Below are positions 34,557-44,095 of a stretch of DNA of 64,000 bases, piece after piece (position 1 is the first letter of the stretch; each line of letters starts with the position of its first letter). The stretch spans positions 225,753 to 289,752 of the forward strand of contig JACKGJ010000001.1 of the NCBI GenBank assembly GCA_020631995.1, given 5' to 3'. Below the pieces are notes generated by a model. The model had not been told where the DNA came from. It ran no database searches and was given only the letters and a program-made list of their open reading frames with translations. This stretch comes from Candidatus Nomurabacteria bacterium (GTDB lineage Bacteria > Patescibacteriota > Minisyncoccia > Phycocordibacterales > UBA918). The position numbers and the translations under genes are program-made.

Positions 34557-36590
34557 ATGACTATGAACTTCTTTAGCAGAAAATTGGGGATTATCTTGAT
34601 AACCTGTTTCGTGCTGGGTTTTTTTGCTATACAGATACAAAGCCCTACTGTTGCTTTAGCCCTGACTGCCGAGGAACTTGCCGAAGCAGAAGGTGCTGCC
34701 GCAGGTGGTGGCGCAAATTTCATTGACGAAAACTACACCGCACCTGAATCTAATGACGGTCCTCCTAGCGTGGGGGAGAGACTGCAATTCACTAAGTGGA
34801 ATTTGACTATCTTTAATATGCTCTCCTCCTTAGGGGTCTTGGTTGCTTGGCTCGGAGGGTCACTTCTAGATGCCACAATAGGTGTCTTCACAGTTGGGAT
34901 GTATGAGACATCAGAATATTTTCAACTCGACAGAACAATCCAAACGATGTGGGGGATTATTCGAGATATTTTCAATCTGCTTTTTATCTTTGGACTTATT
35001 TTCGCTGGATTTAAACTAATCCTTGGTAAAGATGACTCGGGTTCTAAGAAAATGATTGGTTCTATTATTGTCGCGGCACTACTTATCAACTTCAGTCTAT
35101 ATGCAGCACAAGTAGTAGTCGACTTCAGTAACGTTGTGGCGTATCAAATTAATGAATTGATACAACCACCAGAAACTACAGTTGTTTTAGGTGGCTGGAG
35201 CGTACCCAATATCTCTACCAGTTTCACACAACTTACCAACCTAGACCAACTTGGAAACCAGTCAGGAGAGATGGCTGAAGTGGCTGGACTGGGGGTAGAC
35301 ACATTTGGTGCGGCAATAGTTTTGGGGATTTTATTCACGGTTTTCTACTCTGTCTTAGGTTTTGTTTTTGCAGCCGGTGCTTTCGTATTGTTCTCACGAT
35401 TCATTACCTTAATCTTTTTGATGATTTTTTCACCGATAATGTTCCTTGGCTTTATATTTCCTAATTTCAAGGAATACAGCAGTAAGTGGCTCAAGTTACT
35501 TATGAATCAGGCACTAGTTGGTCCAGCCTTCCTCTTTATGCTCTACCTCTCTCTACAAGCATTGTCAGGCCTGGCTAGTATTCCACCTTCACAATTTACT
35601 ATAATCAACTTAACCATATATCTCCTTATTGTAGTGGCTTTCTTGTGGGGTTCACTAATGGTCGCCAGGAGTATGAGTAATTGGGGGGCCTTGCAAGCTT
35701 ATAACGCCGGAGACGTAGCGAGTAAGTATGCACGGAGAGTGACAGGCGGTACTACGGCAGGACTAGCTGGCAGAGGCCTAAGAGCAAGTGTTGGTAAATG
35801 GTCGCAAGGTTATGCGGAAAGTGACAAAGCCAAGGATCGCGCAGCTAACAGCTGGGTGGGACGTCGAGCGCTCAACGTCACCAGCAAACTAGGTGACAGC
35901 AGTTTTGACGCGCGCAAGGTCGGTGGAGTAGGAAAAAAACTTGGTCTCGGCGAGGGTTTAAAAGAAGGATATGCTACTAAGACCAAGAACATAATAGAAA
36001 GAGAAAAGAAGTATGCTGAGAGATTAGGACCAGTAAGTGAGAATGATGAACGTGTATCTAACCTTCAAATAGATATAGAGGCAAGCGAACAGATGATAAA
36101 AGATAAGAAAAAGGAAATTAAAGATGCACAACTCTTGAAGAAAAATGCTACCACTGATGATGATAGGAATAAAATACAGGCAGATATCGATCTAAAGAGA
36201 TCTGAAATTGAGACCTATGAAGAAGACTTACAAAAGAGAAAGGAGGTCTTACAGTCAGAAAAGTACCGCAGACAACTAGGAACTATTCCCACAACCACTG
36301 CTGATAGCCTGAAGGCAAAGAGAGATCAAATAAAGACTAAGCTGGTAGATTATGAAAAAGCCTTACCAGAGGACAAAGGGCCAATACGAGAAGAGATAGC
36401 AAGACTTAAAAAGGAATTGGCTGAGGCAGAGAAAGAAGCTAGTAAGGAAGCGGGCGGATACGCTACAACAATTGAAAGTTATGGACGTGTCAAGAATTGG
36501 TTCATTAGCAGAAATAAGGACCAGAATAATGAAGCAGGTAAGGAAATTCGTAAGGAATACAAAAGTAAGGTGAAGAGTAAGGAAAATTAG
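34557..36590 (+). CDS. T4SS-like cluster gene 3: polytopic membrane protein, VirB6/TrbL-like, with Lys/Glu coiled-coil tail
   Basis: Signal-like N-terminus, at least 6 hydrophobic helices (for example NLLFIFGLIFAGFKLILG and FLMIFSPIMFLGFIFP), and a ~250-aa charged C-terminus. The assignment rests on topology and context only. Confidence 0.45.
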   Translation: MTMNFFSRKLGIILITCFVLGFFAIQIQSPTVALALTAEELAEAEGAAAGGGANFIDENYTAPESNDGPPSVGERLQFTKWNLTIFNMLSSLGVLVAWLGGSLLDATIGVFTVGMYETSEYFQLDRTIQTMWGIIRDIFNLLFIFGLIFAGFKLILGKDDSGSKKMIGSIIVAALLINFSLYAAQVVVDFSNVVAYQINELIQPPETTVVLGGWSVPNISTSFTQLTNLDQLGNQSGEMAEVAGLGVDTFGAAIVLGILFTVFYSVLGFVFAAGAFVLFSRFITLIFLMIFSPIMFLGFIFPNFKEYSSKWLKLLMNQALVGPAFLFMLYLSLQALSGLASIPPSQFTIINLTIYLLIVVAFLWGSLMVARSMSNWGALQAYNAGDVASKYARRVTGGTTAGLAGRGLRASVGKWSQGYAESDKAKDRAANSWVGRRALNVTSKLGDSSFDARKVGGVGKKLGLGEGLKEGYATKTKNIIEREKKYAERLGPVSENDERVSNLQIDIEASEQMIKDKKKEIKDAQLLKKNATTDDDRNKIQADIDLKRSEIETYEEDLQKRKEVLQSEKYRRQLGTIPTTTADSLKAKRDQIKTKLVDYEKALPEDKGPIREEIARLKKELAEAEKEASKEAGGYATTIESYGRVKNWFISRNKDQNNEAGKEIRKEYKSKVKSKEN

Positions 36591-36593
36591 AAT

Positions 36594-37190
36594 ATGTACG
36601 ACACATCACAACAACCAGAAATGATGCGTGAGCGCTATTCAGAACTACCTAATGAGGTACGTGAGCTTTTTGATTACGGAACAGTTGAGCAAACTTTACA
36701 GAAAATTAGCAACGAATTTGGTTTAAGGCAGGAAGACATTCCGCTAATCCAAATGGAAATAGACCTTATATTGTATGGCTTCTTAACTAGGGAAGATTTA
36801 CCTGCAAGACTGCAAGAATCGCTTAATATAGAGGAGACGCGTGCTAACCAAATAGCGGAGCGTCTTGAAGAAGATCTATTTATAATTGTTGATCGATTCC
36901 TTACCTATGTGGAAGAATTATTAGCAGATGATGAAGGTGGCAAACAACCACTTACTACAAATCAACCTCAATCTAAGGAAAACTCGACTCCAACACCAAA
37001 AGTTTCCAGTACTGCTGTAGAGCAGTCTGAGGAAGTTGGTGCCTCAATCAAACCTCTTCGCACCTTCGCCGAAGATGTTGAACTTAGTCGAGTACACGGT
37101 TATGGTACTTTCCAAAGCGGGGAAGTTACTGAGGACGCTGACGACACTCCAGTACACCGCTCAAATCAGGATGATATAATCAACAAGTAA
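36594..37190 (+). CDS. T4SS-like cluster gene 4: acidic cytoplasmic hypothetical
   Basis: An ORF with no TM segment, lying 3 nt after gene 3. Confidence 0.45.
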   Translation: MYDTSQQPEMMRERYSELPNEVRELFDYGTVEQTLQKISNEFGLRQEDIPLIQMEIDLILYGFLTREDLPARLQESLNIEETRANQIAERLEEDLFIIVDRFLTYVEELLADDEGGKQPLTTNQPQSKENSTPTPKVSSTAVEQSEEVGASIKPLRTFAEDVELSRVHGYGTFQSGEVTEDADDTPVHRSNQDDIINK

Positions 37191-37237
37191 AAAGTTGAGA
37201 CTGGCTTGTCGATACTTTAAACTTTGAACTACATAGT

Positions 37238-37648
37238 ATGCGCTTTGAAGTTCCACAATTTATTGAAATAGAAGACAAAATATTTGGTCCACTAACCTGG
37301 AAGCAATTTGTGTATGTTGCTGGTGGGGGAGGGTTAGCTGCTGTGTTTTTCTTCTTTACTCCGTTTATCATATTTGTATTAATCGGTATTCCAATTGCTA
37401 TCCTAACTTTCCTTTTAAGTTTTTATCCAGTTAACAATCGTCCCTTTGTTTTATTTCTTGAATCTGCAGTCAACTACTTTAAGGGTTCGAAGCTGTACTT
37501 ATGGCGGAAAAGTGGCAGTGGGGTATACAAAGGTGCCGAAATCGAAGCCAGTGGTAGCCCATCATATATGCCTCCAACTAGCGCTGATAATATCGCTTCT
37601 TTGTCGAGGAGGTTAGAGATGAAGGCAATACAAAAACCTAATCAGTAG
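37238..37648 (+). CDS. T4SS-like cluster gene 5: PrgI/VirB3-like small membrane protein
   Basis: MRFEVPQFIEIEDKIFGPLTWKQFVYVAGG followed by two TM helices, the pattern I associate with PrgI-family proteins. Confidence 0.6.
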   Translation: MRFEVPQFIEIEDKIFGPLTWKQFVYVAGGGGLAAVFFFFTPFIIFVLIGIPIAILTFLLSFYPVNNRPFVLFLESAVNYFKGSKLYLWRKSGSGVYKGAEIEASGSPSYMPPTSADNIASLSRRLEMKAIQKPNQ

Positions 37649-37767
37649 CATTTGTTTTAAAGTGGTACTCCTGTGTCCAGCCTTGAGAGTGAGTTTATAC
37701 ATATAGTTGACGGTGTGAGTTAAGTGTCAATTTAAAGCTGTTGGATGTTAGAATATTAATATCAACA

Positions 37768-38403
37768 ATGGCAAATCAGAACACTAGTCAAAAATTCGTA
37801 CCACTTAGAGACATCAAAGATAATGTGGTGATTCTTAAAAATGGCCAAATGAATATGGTGCTTTTAGCGTCTTCGATTAACTTCGCACTGAAGTCACTAG
37901 ACGAACAGGAAGCAATCCTGCGACAGTTTCAAACATTCCTAAACACCATAGACTTCTCAGTGCAATTTTATATTCAATCTCGTCGACTGAATATTCAGCC
38001 CTACCTCGATATGTTATCTGGTCGTGAAGAAAAACAAGATAATGACCTGATGAAGATTCAGCTTCGTGAATATATGCAATTCATCAAGACTTTTACCACC
38101 GAGGTAGAGGTGATGAGTAAAAGTTTCTTTATTGTTGTGCCATACACACCTGTTGCGGCCAACCTTCAAAACAATCTTGAAGGATTCAAGGATTTAATCG
38201 GAGGGAAGAAAGACGTATACTTTGACGACAAGAACTTTATGGAGCATAAGCTTCAACTTGAGCAACGTGTCTCATTAGTAGAGCAAGGGCTGTCTGGAAT
38301 AGGCGTGCGCACCATTTTATTGCAAAGCGAAGAGTTAGTTGAATTGTATTATCACATCTTCAATCCCGGCGAGGTTGGAGGGACCGCACCAGGTGGTAAA
38401 TAG
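37768..38403 (+). CDS. T4SS-like cluster gene 6: stand-alone VirB4 N-domain-like protein
   Basis: FVPLRDIKDNVVILKNGQMNMVLLASSINFALKSLDEQEAILRQFQTFLNTIDFSVQFYIQSRRLNIQPYL parallels the N-terminal domain pattern of the adjacent VirB4. No Walker motifs. Confidence 0.45.
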   Translation: MANQNTSQKFVPLRDIKDNVVILKNGQMNMVLLASSINFALKSLDEQEAILRQFQTFLNTIDFSVQFYIQSRRLNIQPYLDMLSGREEKQDNDLMKIQLREYMQFIKTFTTEVEVMSKSFFIVVPYTPVAANLQNNLEGFKDLIGGKKDVYFDDKNFMEHKLQLEQRVSLVEQGLSGIGVRTILLQSEELVELYYHIFNPGEVGGTAPGGK

Positions 38404-38407
38404 TTTT

Positions 38408-40210
38408 ATGGGAATTTTTGATTTTATAAAAAAAGGGAACAGAGAAGGAGACAACAAATCAGCGCTAGACACTGAGAGTGCTTTAATGACACTTGAAGAT
38501 GTAGTGGCGCCTTCGGCTGTATCAGTCAGCCCACGCAGCATTAGTATCAGCGGACAAAACGCTCGAGTATTTTTCGCAGTTTCATATCCTCGCTATCTCA
38601 ATGACGGTTGGCTAGAACCGATTCTTAACCTAGAGAAGGAACTAGATGTTTCAATAGTCATTCACCCTATTGATACCGCTGAGACTTTAAAAAAATTCCA
38701 AAAGAAAGTGGCCGAGGTACAGAGTCAGATTAGTATGAACGAAGAGAAGGGAATGGTGCGTGACCCACAACTTGAAGCTGCTTATCGAAACCTAGAAGAA
38801 CTTCGAGACAAGCTCCAACAGGCTGAGGAAAAGCTGTTTGATGTTGGCCTTTATATTGCCGTCTACGGTAAAGATGATGACGCGCTCAACAAAACTGAGT
38901 CAGAGGTGAAGGGTATTTTGGATTCAAGACTAGTCTATATAAAACCTGCTCTTTTCCAGCAAGAACAAGGTTTGCGAAGCGTCTTACCTACAATGACTGA
39001 TGAATTATTAGTGCATAGTAAATTTAATTCTTCACCTTTATCTAGCTTCTTCCCGTTCACTTCGTTTGACCTAACTAGCGACAACGGTATTCTCTACGGT
39101 ATCAACCGCCATAATTCCTCACTGGTACTATTCGATCGCTTTTCGCTCACCAACTACAACTCTGTTACTTTTGCTACTTCTGGAGCGGGTAAGTCTTATG
39201 CAATCAAACTCGAAATATTGCGCTCTTTGATGTTCGGCACAGAGGTCATTGTCATCGACCCAGAACGTGAATATGAGTACTTAGCTGAAGCAACTGGTGG
39301 ACGATTTTTCAACATTGCACTTTCCTCTGCTCACCACATTAACCCATTTGATTTGCCCGATCCGCAAGAGGACGAAGAACCAATGGACATTTTGCGTTCA
39401 CATATTATTGAATTAACCGGACTCTTCCGTTTAATGCTTGGGGGACTTACGCCTGAAGAGGAGACAGTTATCGATCAAGCCCTGCACGAAGTCTACGCCC
39501 TCAAGGACATTACTGGTGACGTAAGTTGGTCAGGACAAGAACCGCCACTTTTGACTGACTTTGAAATGGTACTAGCTGGAATGGATGGCAGTGATTCACT
39601 AATTGCTAGACTACAAAAGTACACCAGCGGTACTTGGTCGGGCTTTATGAACCAACCTACTAACGTAGACATCAATCAAAAGTTCATCGTTTTCTCCCTC
39701 CGCGATATGGAAGACGAACTAAAGTCCGTAGCTATGTACATCATCACGAATCATATTTGGAATATGGTTCGCCGACGACTAAAGAAGCGTTTACTAGTAA
39801 TCGACGAGGCCTGGTGGATGATGAAGTCAGAGGACACCGCCTCCTTCCTCTTTTCACTCGCCAAACGTGGTCGTAAATATTATCTTGGTATCGCCACCAT
39901 CACACAGGACGTAGACGACTTCTTGCGCTCACCTTATGGAGTACCGATGATTACAAACTCTTCATTGCAGTTTTTAATGAAACAATCACCGACTTCAATT
40001 GACCTTCTTCAACGCACCTTTAACCTAACAGATGAAGAAAAACTATTGCTCCTAGAAAGTAACGTAGGGGAGGGAATCTTCTTCGTCGGACTCAAACACG
40101 TAGCTATTAAAGTTATTGCTAGTTACACTGAAGACCAAATCATCACCTCTGACCCTCACCAAATTCTCCAAATCAAGCAAGCTCGAGCTGAATTAAAGAG
40201 CGCCTCTTAA
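38408..40210 (+). CDS. virB4: T4SS-like cluster gene 7: VirB4/TrbE-family ATPase
   Basis: N-domain (ISISGQNARVFFAVSYPRYLNDGWLEPIL...DVSIVIHPI), Walker A TSGAGKSYAIK, Walker B LLVIDEAWWMM, and ATITQDVDDF. ATG at 38408. Confidence 0.85.
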   Translation: MGIFDFIKKGNREGDNKSALDTESALMTLEDVVAPSAVSVSPRSISISGQNARVFFAVSYPRYLNDGWLEPILNLEKELDVSIVIHPIDTAETLKKFQKKVAEVQSQISMNEEKGMVRDPQLEAAYRNLEELRDKLQQAEEKLFDVGLYIAVYGKDDDALNKTESEVKGILDSRLVYIKPALFQQEQGLRSVLPTMTDELLVHSKFNSSPLSSFFPFTSFDLTSDNGILYGINRHNSSLVLFDRFSLTNYNSVTFATSGAGKSYAIKLEILRSLMFGTEVIVIDPEREYEYLAEATGGRFFNIALSSAHHINPFDLPDPQEDEEPMDILRSHIIELTGLFRLMLGGLTPEEETVIDQALHEVYALKDITGDVSWSGQEPPLLTDFEMVLAGMDGSDSLIARLQKYTSGTWSGFMNQPTNVDINQKFIVFSLRDMEDELKSVAMYIITNHIWNMVRRRLKKRLLVIDEAWWMMKSEDTASFLFSLAKRGRKYYLGIATITQDVDDFLRSPYGVPMITNSSLQFLMKQSPTSIDLLQRTFNLTDEEKLLLLESNVGEGIFFVGLKHVAIKVIASYTEDQIITSDPHQILQIKQARAELKSAS

Positions 40211-40216
40211 CGCATT

Positions 40217-40891
40217 ATGATACGTAATGTTGCTGTCAAAAAAGCTACCCCGAAGGATGCTGGTTTTTCTGCGTCTAATACCAAAGTGCTACGTACCTCC
40301 GCGGGAGAATCATTACTAAATGATCAAAATAACAACATCAACAACGCCCAAAGATTAAATCGTCCGGCTAACGACAACACAGTACAAAGATTGCCAGCAA
40401 ACCCACGACAAAGACTAAAACGAGCATCCAATGACCACAAACTGAAGCCTGCCAGTATGTCACAAGTCAAAGAGGTTACGAGCAAAGCGGTAGCGGTAGC
40501 CAATGCTGGAAGTGCTGCTTGGTTTATTGTTGGTGTGACTTGGATTTTTTATATGGTGCAGTTTGTGTTTGCTTTGGTGTCCCTAATGGGCTTTGCCACC
40601 ATCAGTGCCGTAGCAGAGAGCTGGGTAGGGTACGTTGATTTTTTTGGTGTATTTTCCGATAACGCACAAGATATGACCTCCGCAGGAATAGGTATGACCG
40701 CCGCAATGGGCATATTCACTTTGATTGTGGCCATAGTAATCTTTTTGTTCCGGGGAGTAGATATCGCTCGAGGAAACAGTGTCCTTATTATGGCCGTCTG
40801 CTTCGCACTGAATACTGCGCCAGTAGCGAGTTTGGTCCCCTGGATATGGGTATGGTGTCTCTATGTGGTCAAAAGCCAGATTAACAAGTAG
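40217..40891 (+). CDS. T4SS-like cluster gene 8: membrane protein (Asn/Gln/Arg-rich N-terminus with three QRL repeats, ~4 TM)
   Basis: AQRLNRPAND / VQRLPANP / RQRLKRASND, then hydrophobic helices. Confidence 0.45.
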   Translation: MIRNVAVKKATPKDAGFSASNTKVLRTSAGESLLNDQNNNINNAQRLNRPANDNTVQRLPANPRQRLKRASNDHKLKPASMSQVKEVTSKAVAVANAGSAAWFIVGVTWIFYMVQFVFALVSLMGFATISAVAESWVGYVDFFGVFSDNAQDMTSAGIGMTAAMGIFTLIVAIVIFLFRGVDIARGNSVLIMAVCFALNTAPVASLVPWIWVWCLYVVKSQINK

Positions 40892-40911
40892 CGATACGCT
40901 ATAATGTTTGT

Positions 40912-41628
40912 GTGTCTACAAGATTTTTTACCATCTTAATATTGTGTCTATTTTTCACAGGACAAAGTGCTGAGGCGCAATCCTCTAACTTTGGAAGTGT
41001 GAATGTCGTACAAACCCGCGTTGCTTTAGGTGAGGTAGAAATCATAATAGAAGCTGATACTTACATTCCTTCCTTTTATAGAGGTCGGGCCGAACCAACT
41101 AGCGGTAACTCCGTGCGTGCCACCGCTATACCGCTTGAAGCAGACCCAAGTAGTCTTACCTACCGCTGGAGAGTAAACGGTCAACCAATATCTGGTGATG
41201 GTCAGACAATTACTTTCCCTGCTCCGATTGGAGATAACTTTACTCTTGAAGTTACTGTACTCAAAAATGGAACATTTTGGTCAGAAAAAGGAGAGAGCAT
41301 AGCACTTTCCACCCCAGAAGTTTTATTTTATGAGGAAAACGCTTTAAGAGGCATTGGGACAATAGCTATAAAAAACGACTTTTCTTTAATAGGCGCTGAA
41401 GCGAGCGTAACTGCAGAGCCGTTTTTTGTGGGGAATGGAAGTCAAAATAACTTACGAGGAAACTGGAAAATAGATGACACAGCAATAACAACTACCGATT
41501 GGAGAAAGTTGACCTTCATTAGACCAGAAGAGCCAAATGCAAAGTACCTAGTGGAGTTAAACATTTTCAATCGTGTTAACTTGAACGAACAAGCTAGCAA
41601 CAGTTTTAACTTGCACCTAGAAATATGA
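40912..41628 (+). CDS. T4SS-like cluster gene 9: exported hypothetical
   Basis: GTG start 6 nt after a TATAAT. Signal peptide ILILCLFFTGQSAEA. Confidence 0.45.
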   Translation: MSTRFFTILILCLFFTGQSAEAQSSNFGSVNVVQTRVALGEVEIIIEADTYIPSFYRGRAEPTSGNSVRATAIPLEADPSSLTYRWRVNGQPISGDGQTITFPAPIGDNFTLEVTVLKNGTFWSEKGESIALSTPEVLFYEENALRGIGTIAIKNDFSLIGAEASVTAEPFFVGNGSQNNLRGNWKIDDTAITTTDWRKLTFIRPEEPNAKYLVELNIFNRVNLNEQASNSFNLHLEI

Positions 41629-42173
41629 AGTACCTAGTTTTCTTATCACCTTTCTTGACACTATTCGCAGCGCCGCTGTTAGCCTTAGCCCAGGAAGATA
41701 GGTTAACTTTTATTAAACAGCTACCTTTTATGAACGGGGCGGTGAGTTCAACTGAAGATTACATCAGTGCACTTTATATGATCGCTATTAGTGTGGCTGC
41801 CATACTGGTAGTGATAAGGCTTATGATAGCTGGCGCTAAATATATGTTGTCGGAAATTGTTACTGACAAAGGACAAGCTAAAGAAGACATCAAGGGCGCC
41901 TTGCTTGGTCTCATAATCGTTCTAGGGGCTGTAACCATCCTAAATACTATTAACCCTCAATTAACCCGAACGGACATCTTTCGTAATGCCGAGATCGCTA
42001 CACCTCCCACCACTAATACCGGCAACAGTTCAACACCGGTACAACAAAATACCGGCAACTGTTCACAAGGTACTATATGGATGGAATGTGAGACCTCTAA
42101 TAGTGTGGACGGGCAGTGTTCGGCAGTCAGCAACACTAGCTGGTGCGCTGGTACCCTTAAAATATTCCCATAG
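41625..42173 (+). CDS. T4SS-like cluster gene 10: VirB2/TrbC-like pilin with Cys-rich C-terminal extension
   Basis: ATGA overlap with gene 9. Signal peptide ...APLLALA-QE, then two hydrophobic helices split by the charged loop SEIVTDKGQAKEDIKG, then a ~70-aa tail with 4 Cys. Confidence 0.55.
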   Translation: MKYLVFLSPFLTLFAAPLLALAQEDRLTFIKQLPFMNGAVSSTEDYISALYMIAISVAAILVVIRLMIAGAKYMLSEIVTDKGQAKEDIKGALLGLIIVLGAVTILNTINPQLTRTDIFRNAEIATPPTTNTGNSSTPVQQNTGNCSQGTIWMECETSNSVDGQCSAVSNTSWCAGTLKIFP

Positions 42174-42175
42174 AT

Positions 42176-43354
42176 ATGAAACGTACTATTTTTATCATTT
42201 CTGGTTCAATAGTCTTACTACTCGTCTTCTCGATGTGGGTCTTTTTGCTTTTGTTCGGTACACCGCAAAATATTGAGGATGCATTTACTAACTTAGGTTT
42301 AGGTAGTGATCCAACACCAATTACCTCTGACTCAAATCAGACCCTTGAACAAACCGCCCAACTCAATATCGACGCTGGGACGTTGGTACAACTCACTACA
42401 AAACCAGTAGCCGGACACCGCTTCCTTTCAGGAGCCAGTAGCACCACAGACAAACTACTCTACGCCGAAAGGGGAGTTGGCCACATTTATGAAATAGACA
42501 TCGCCTCCAGTGTGGAAAATAGAATCTCAGCCAAAACCTTTTTGGCGGTTATAGACGCTATATTTTCTCCTGACGGTAAGTTTGTGGCTTTGGTAAGCGA
42601 AACAGAAAATGGTACTGCCGTGACTTTAGAAAACCTTGAAGATGAAGTTGATTACGATATCCCTACAAACGCTAAAAATTTAGAATTTATCAGTGACACT
42701 GAGTTGCGTTATGCAGTAACCAGTCAATCTGGCACTGTCGGCTACTCTTTTGATTTAACCGAAATAACTACTGACCAGATTTTTTCTATTCCTCTAACAG
42801 ATATAGATATCATCTGGGGAACAGACGAAACTCTTGTTATTAATAAACCAGCCTCAAGATTACGAGGGGGTCTATTTAGAATCAATGGGAGTCAGATGTC
42901 CCGAGTTGGAGAAAGCGGTTACTCTCTCCGCGCCATTGCATCACCGTCAAGTAATGGTGAGTACATTTTAACCGTCGCCAATCTAAATCGAGGTGGAGTT
43001 ATTGAGTCTAGAGTTTTTAATGAGACGACTGGAGAGTTAAGATCTCTATCCATTTTGGCTTGGCCAGAAAAATGTGTGTTTGATACAACAACCCAAAATT
43101 CGCTATGGTGTGCATCTTCTGCCTCCGAATTAAGTCGCGACAGTCAGAGTGATTGGTACAAAGGTTTAGTAACATTTTCTGACTTATTGTGGAGAGTAGA
43201 TACTGTTTCAGGAGAAGCAACCTTAGTAGAAAATTTCGTTGAAACTTCTGGTCGCTACATAGATGTAACAGATATATCAATAGACCAGAATGGTAGATTT
43301 TTACTTTTTAAAAACAAGATTGATGATAGCTTGTGGATCAAGAAGACTAACTAG
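42176..43354 (+). CDS. T4SS-like cluster gene 11: membrane-anchored beta-propeller-like protein
   Basis: N-terminal TM segment. It has TolB/WD40-like repeat flavour (FSPDGKFVALVSE, IASPSSNGEYILTVA). Its 3' end overlaps the 3' end of convergent yidC by 8 nt. Confidence 0.45.
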   Translation: MKRTIFIISGSIVLLLVFSMWVFLLLFGTPQNIEDAFTNLGLGSDPTPITSDSNQTLEQTAQLNIDAGTLVQLTTKPVAGHRFLSGASSTTDKLLYAERGVGHIYEIDIASSVENRISAKTFLAVIDAIFSPDGKFVALVSETENGTAVTLENLEDEVDYDIPTNAKNLEFISDTELRYAVTSQSGTVGYSFDLTEITTDQIFSIPLTDIDIIWGTDETLVINKPASRLRGGLFRINGSQMSRVGESGYSLRAIASPSSNGEYILTVANLNRGGVIESRVFNETTGELRSLSILAWPEKCVFDTTTQNSLWCASSASELSRDSQSDWYKGLVTFSDLLWRVDTVSGEATLVENFVETSGRYIDVTDISIDQNGRFLLFKNKIDDSLWIKKTN

Positions 43355-44090
43355 AGAGCGGTCCAGAGTCACGGTGTCGACGTAGGATAAATTCTTGACC
43401 TATAGCGAAGAGGTTACTGATTAGGAAGTACAAAGCCACTGAAGCAGACAGGGTATAAGCAACTACACCAATGATGACTGGGAGAACATAGCGCATATTC
43501 ATATTCATACTGCGGGCGAAATCTCCTTTCATATCCACCACACCCTCCTTTCGTGGCTCTGACTTGGGAAGTGAAAGGTGGGCGTGAATAAATTGTGTGA
43601 AGCCAGCCAAGATAGCCAACGGCAGACTCTTTTGCGCAATATCAACGAAGCCGAGGAATATCATATCGACAGTTTCTGGAGAAGGTACAAAGCTATAAAG
43701 TAGCTCTGTGTTGATACCAGGTAGAGCAACACCACCACCACTTAAGACTGAAAAATAGAGGGCGATCACAATTGGTATCTGAAGAAACATCAAGAAAATT
43801 CCTGAAAATGGATTAATACCAGCATCTTTATATGCTGCCATCGTTGCGCGAGCTAATTCTTCACGATTATCCTTATGCTTCTCTTTAAGCTCCTTCATTC
43901 GTGGTTCAAGTTCACGAACCACTCTTTGCATCTTGGCAGCTTTGATTGAAAGAGGCAGCAAGAGAAACTTCACTACCAAAGTAATAGCGATAATAGACAG
44001 ACCAACATCACCACCGGGGATAACGTCCACAAAGAAGACTAGACCGTTATAGATAGGGTCGAAGAAGAATGTGTGCCAGATATAGGACAT
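43347..44090 (-). CDS. yidC: Membrane protein insertase YidC (short form)
   Basis: GLSIIAITLVVKFLLLPLSIKAAKMQ, NPFSGIFLMFLQIPI, and the conserved position next to rnpA. Confidence 0.9.
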   Translation of the reverse strand: MSYIWHTFFFDPIYNGLVFFVDVIPGGDVGLSIIAITLVVKFLLLPLSIKAAKMQRVVRELEPRMKELKEKHKDNREELARATMAAYKDAGINPFSGIFLMFLQIPIVIALYFSVLSGGGVALPGINTELLYSFVPSPETVDMIFLGFVDIAQKSLPLAILAGFTQFIHAHLSLPKSEPRKEGVVDMKGDFARSMNMNMRYVLPVIIGVVAYTLSASVALYFLISNLFAIGQEFILRRHRDSGPLSS

Positions 44091-44095
44091 AAAAT

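Noticed and set aside
38339-38407. VirB4 pseudogene or programmed frameshift between 37768-38403 and 38408-40210
   Set aside because: The downstream ORF has its own ATG and a complete N-domain plus ATPase, at 600 aa. The upstream ORF ends with a clean stop 4 nt earlier. A duplicated-domain paralogue explains the data better, although an assembly frameshift cannot be excluded without reads.
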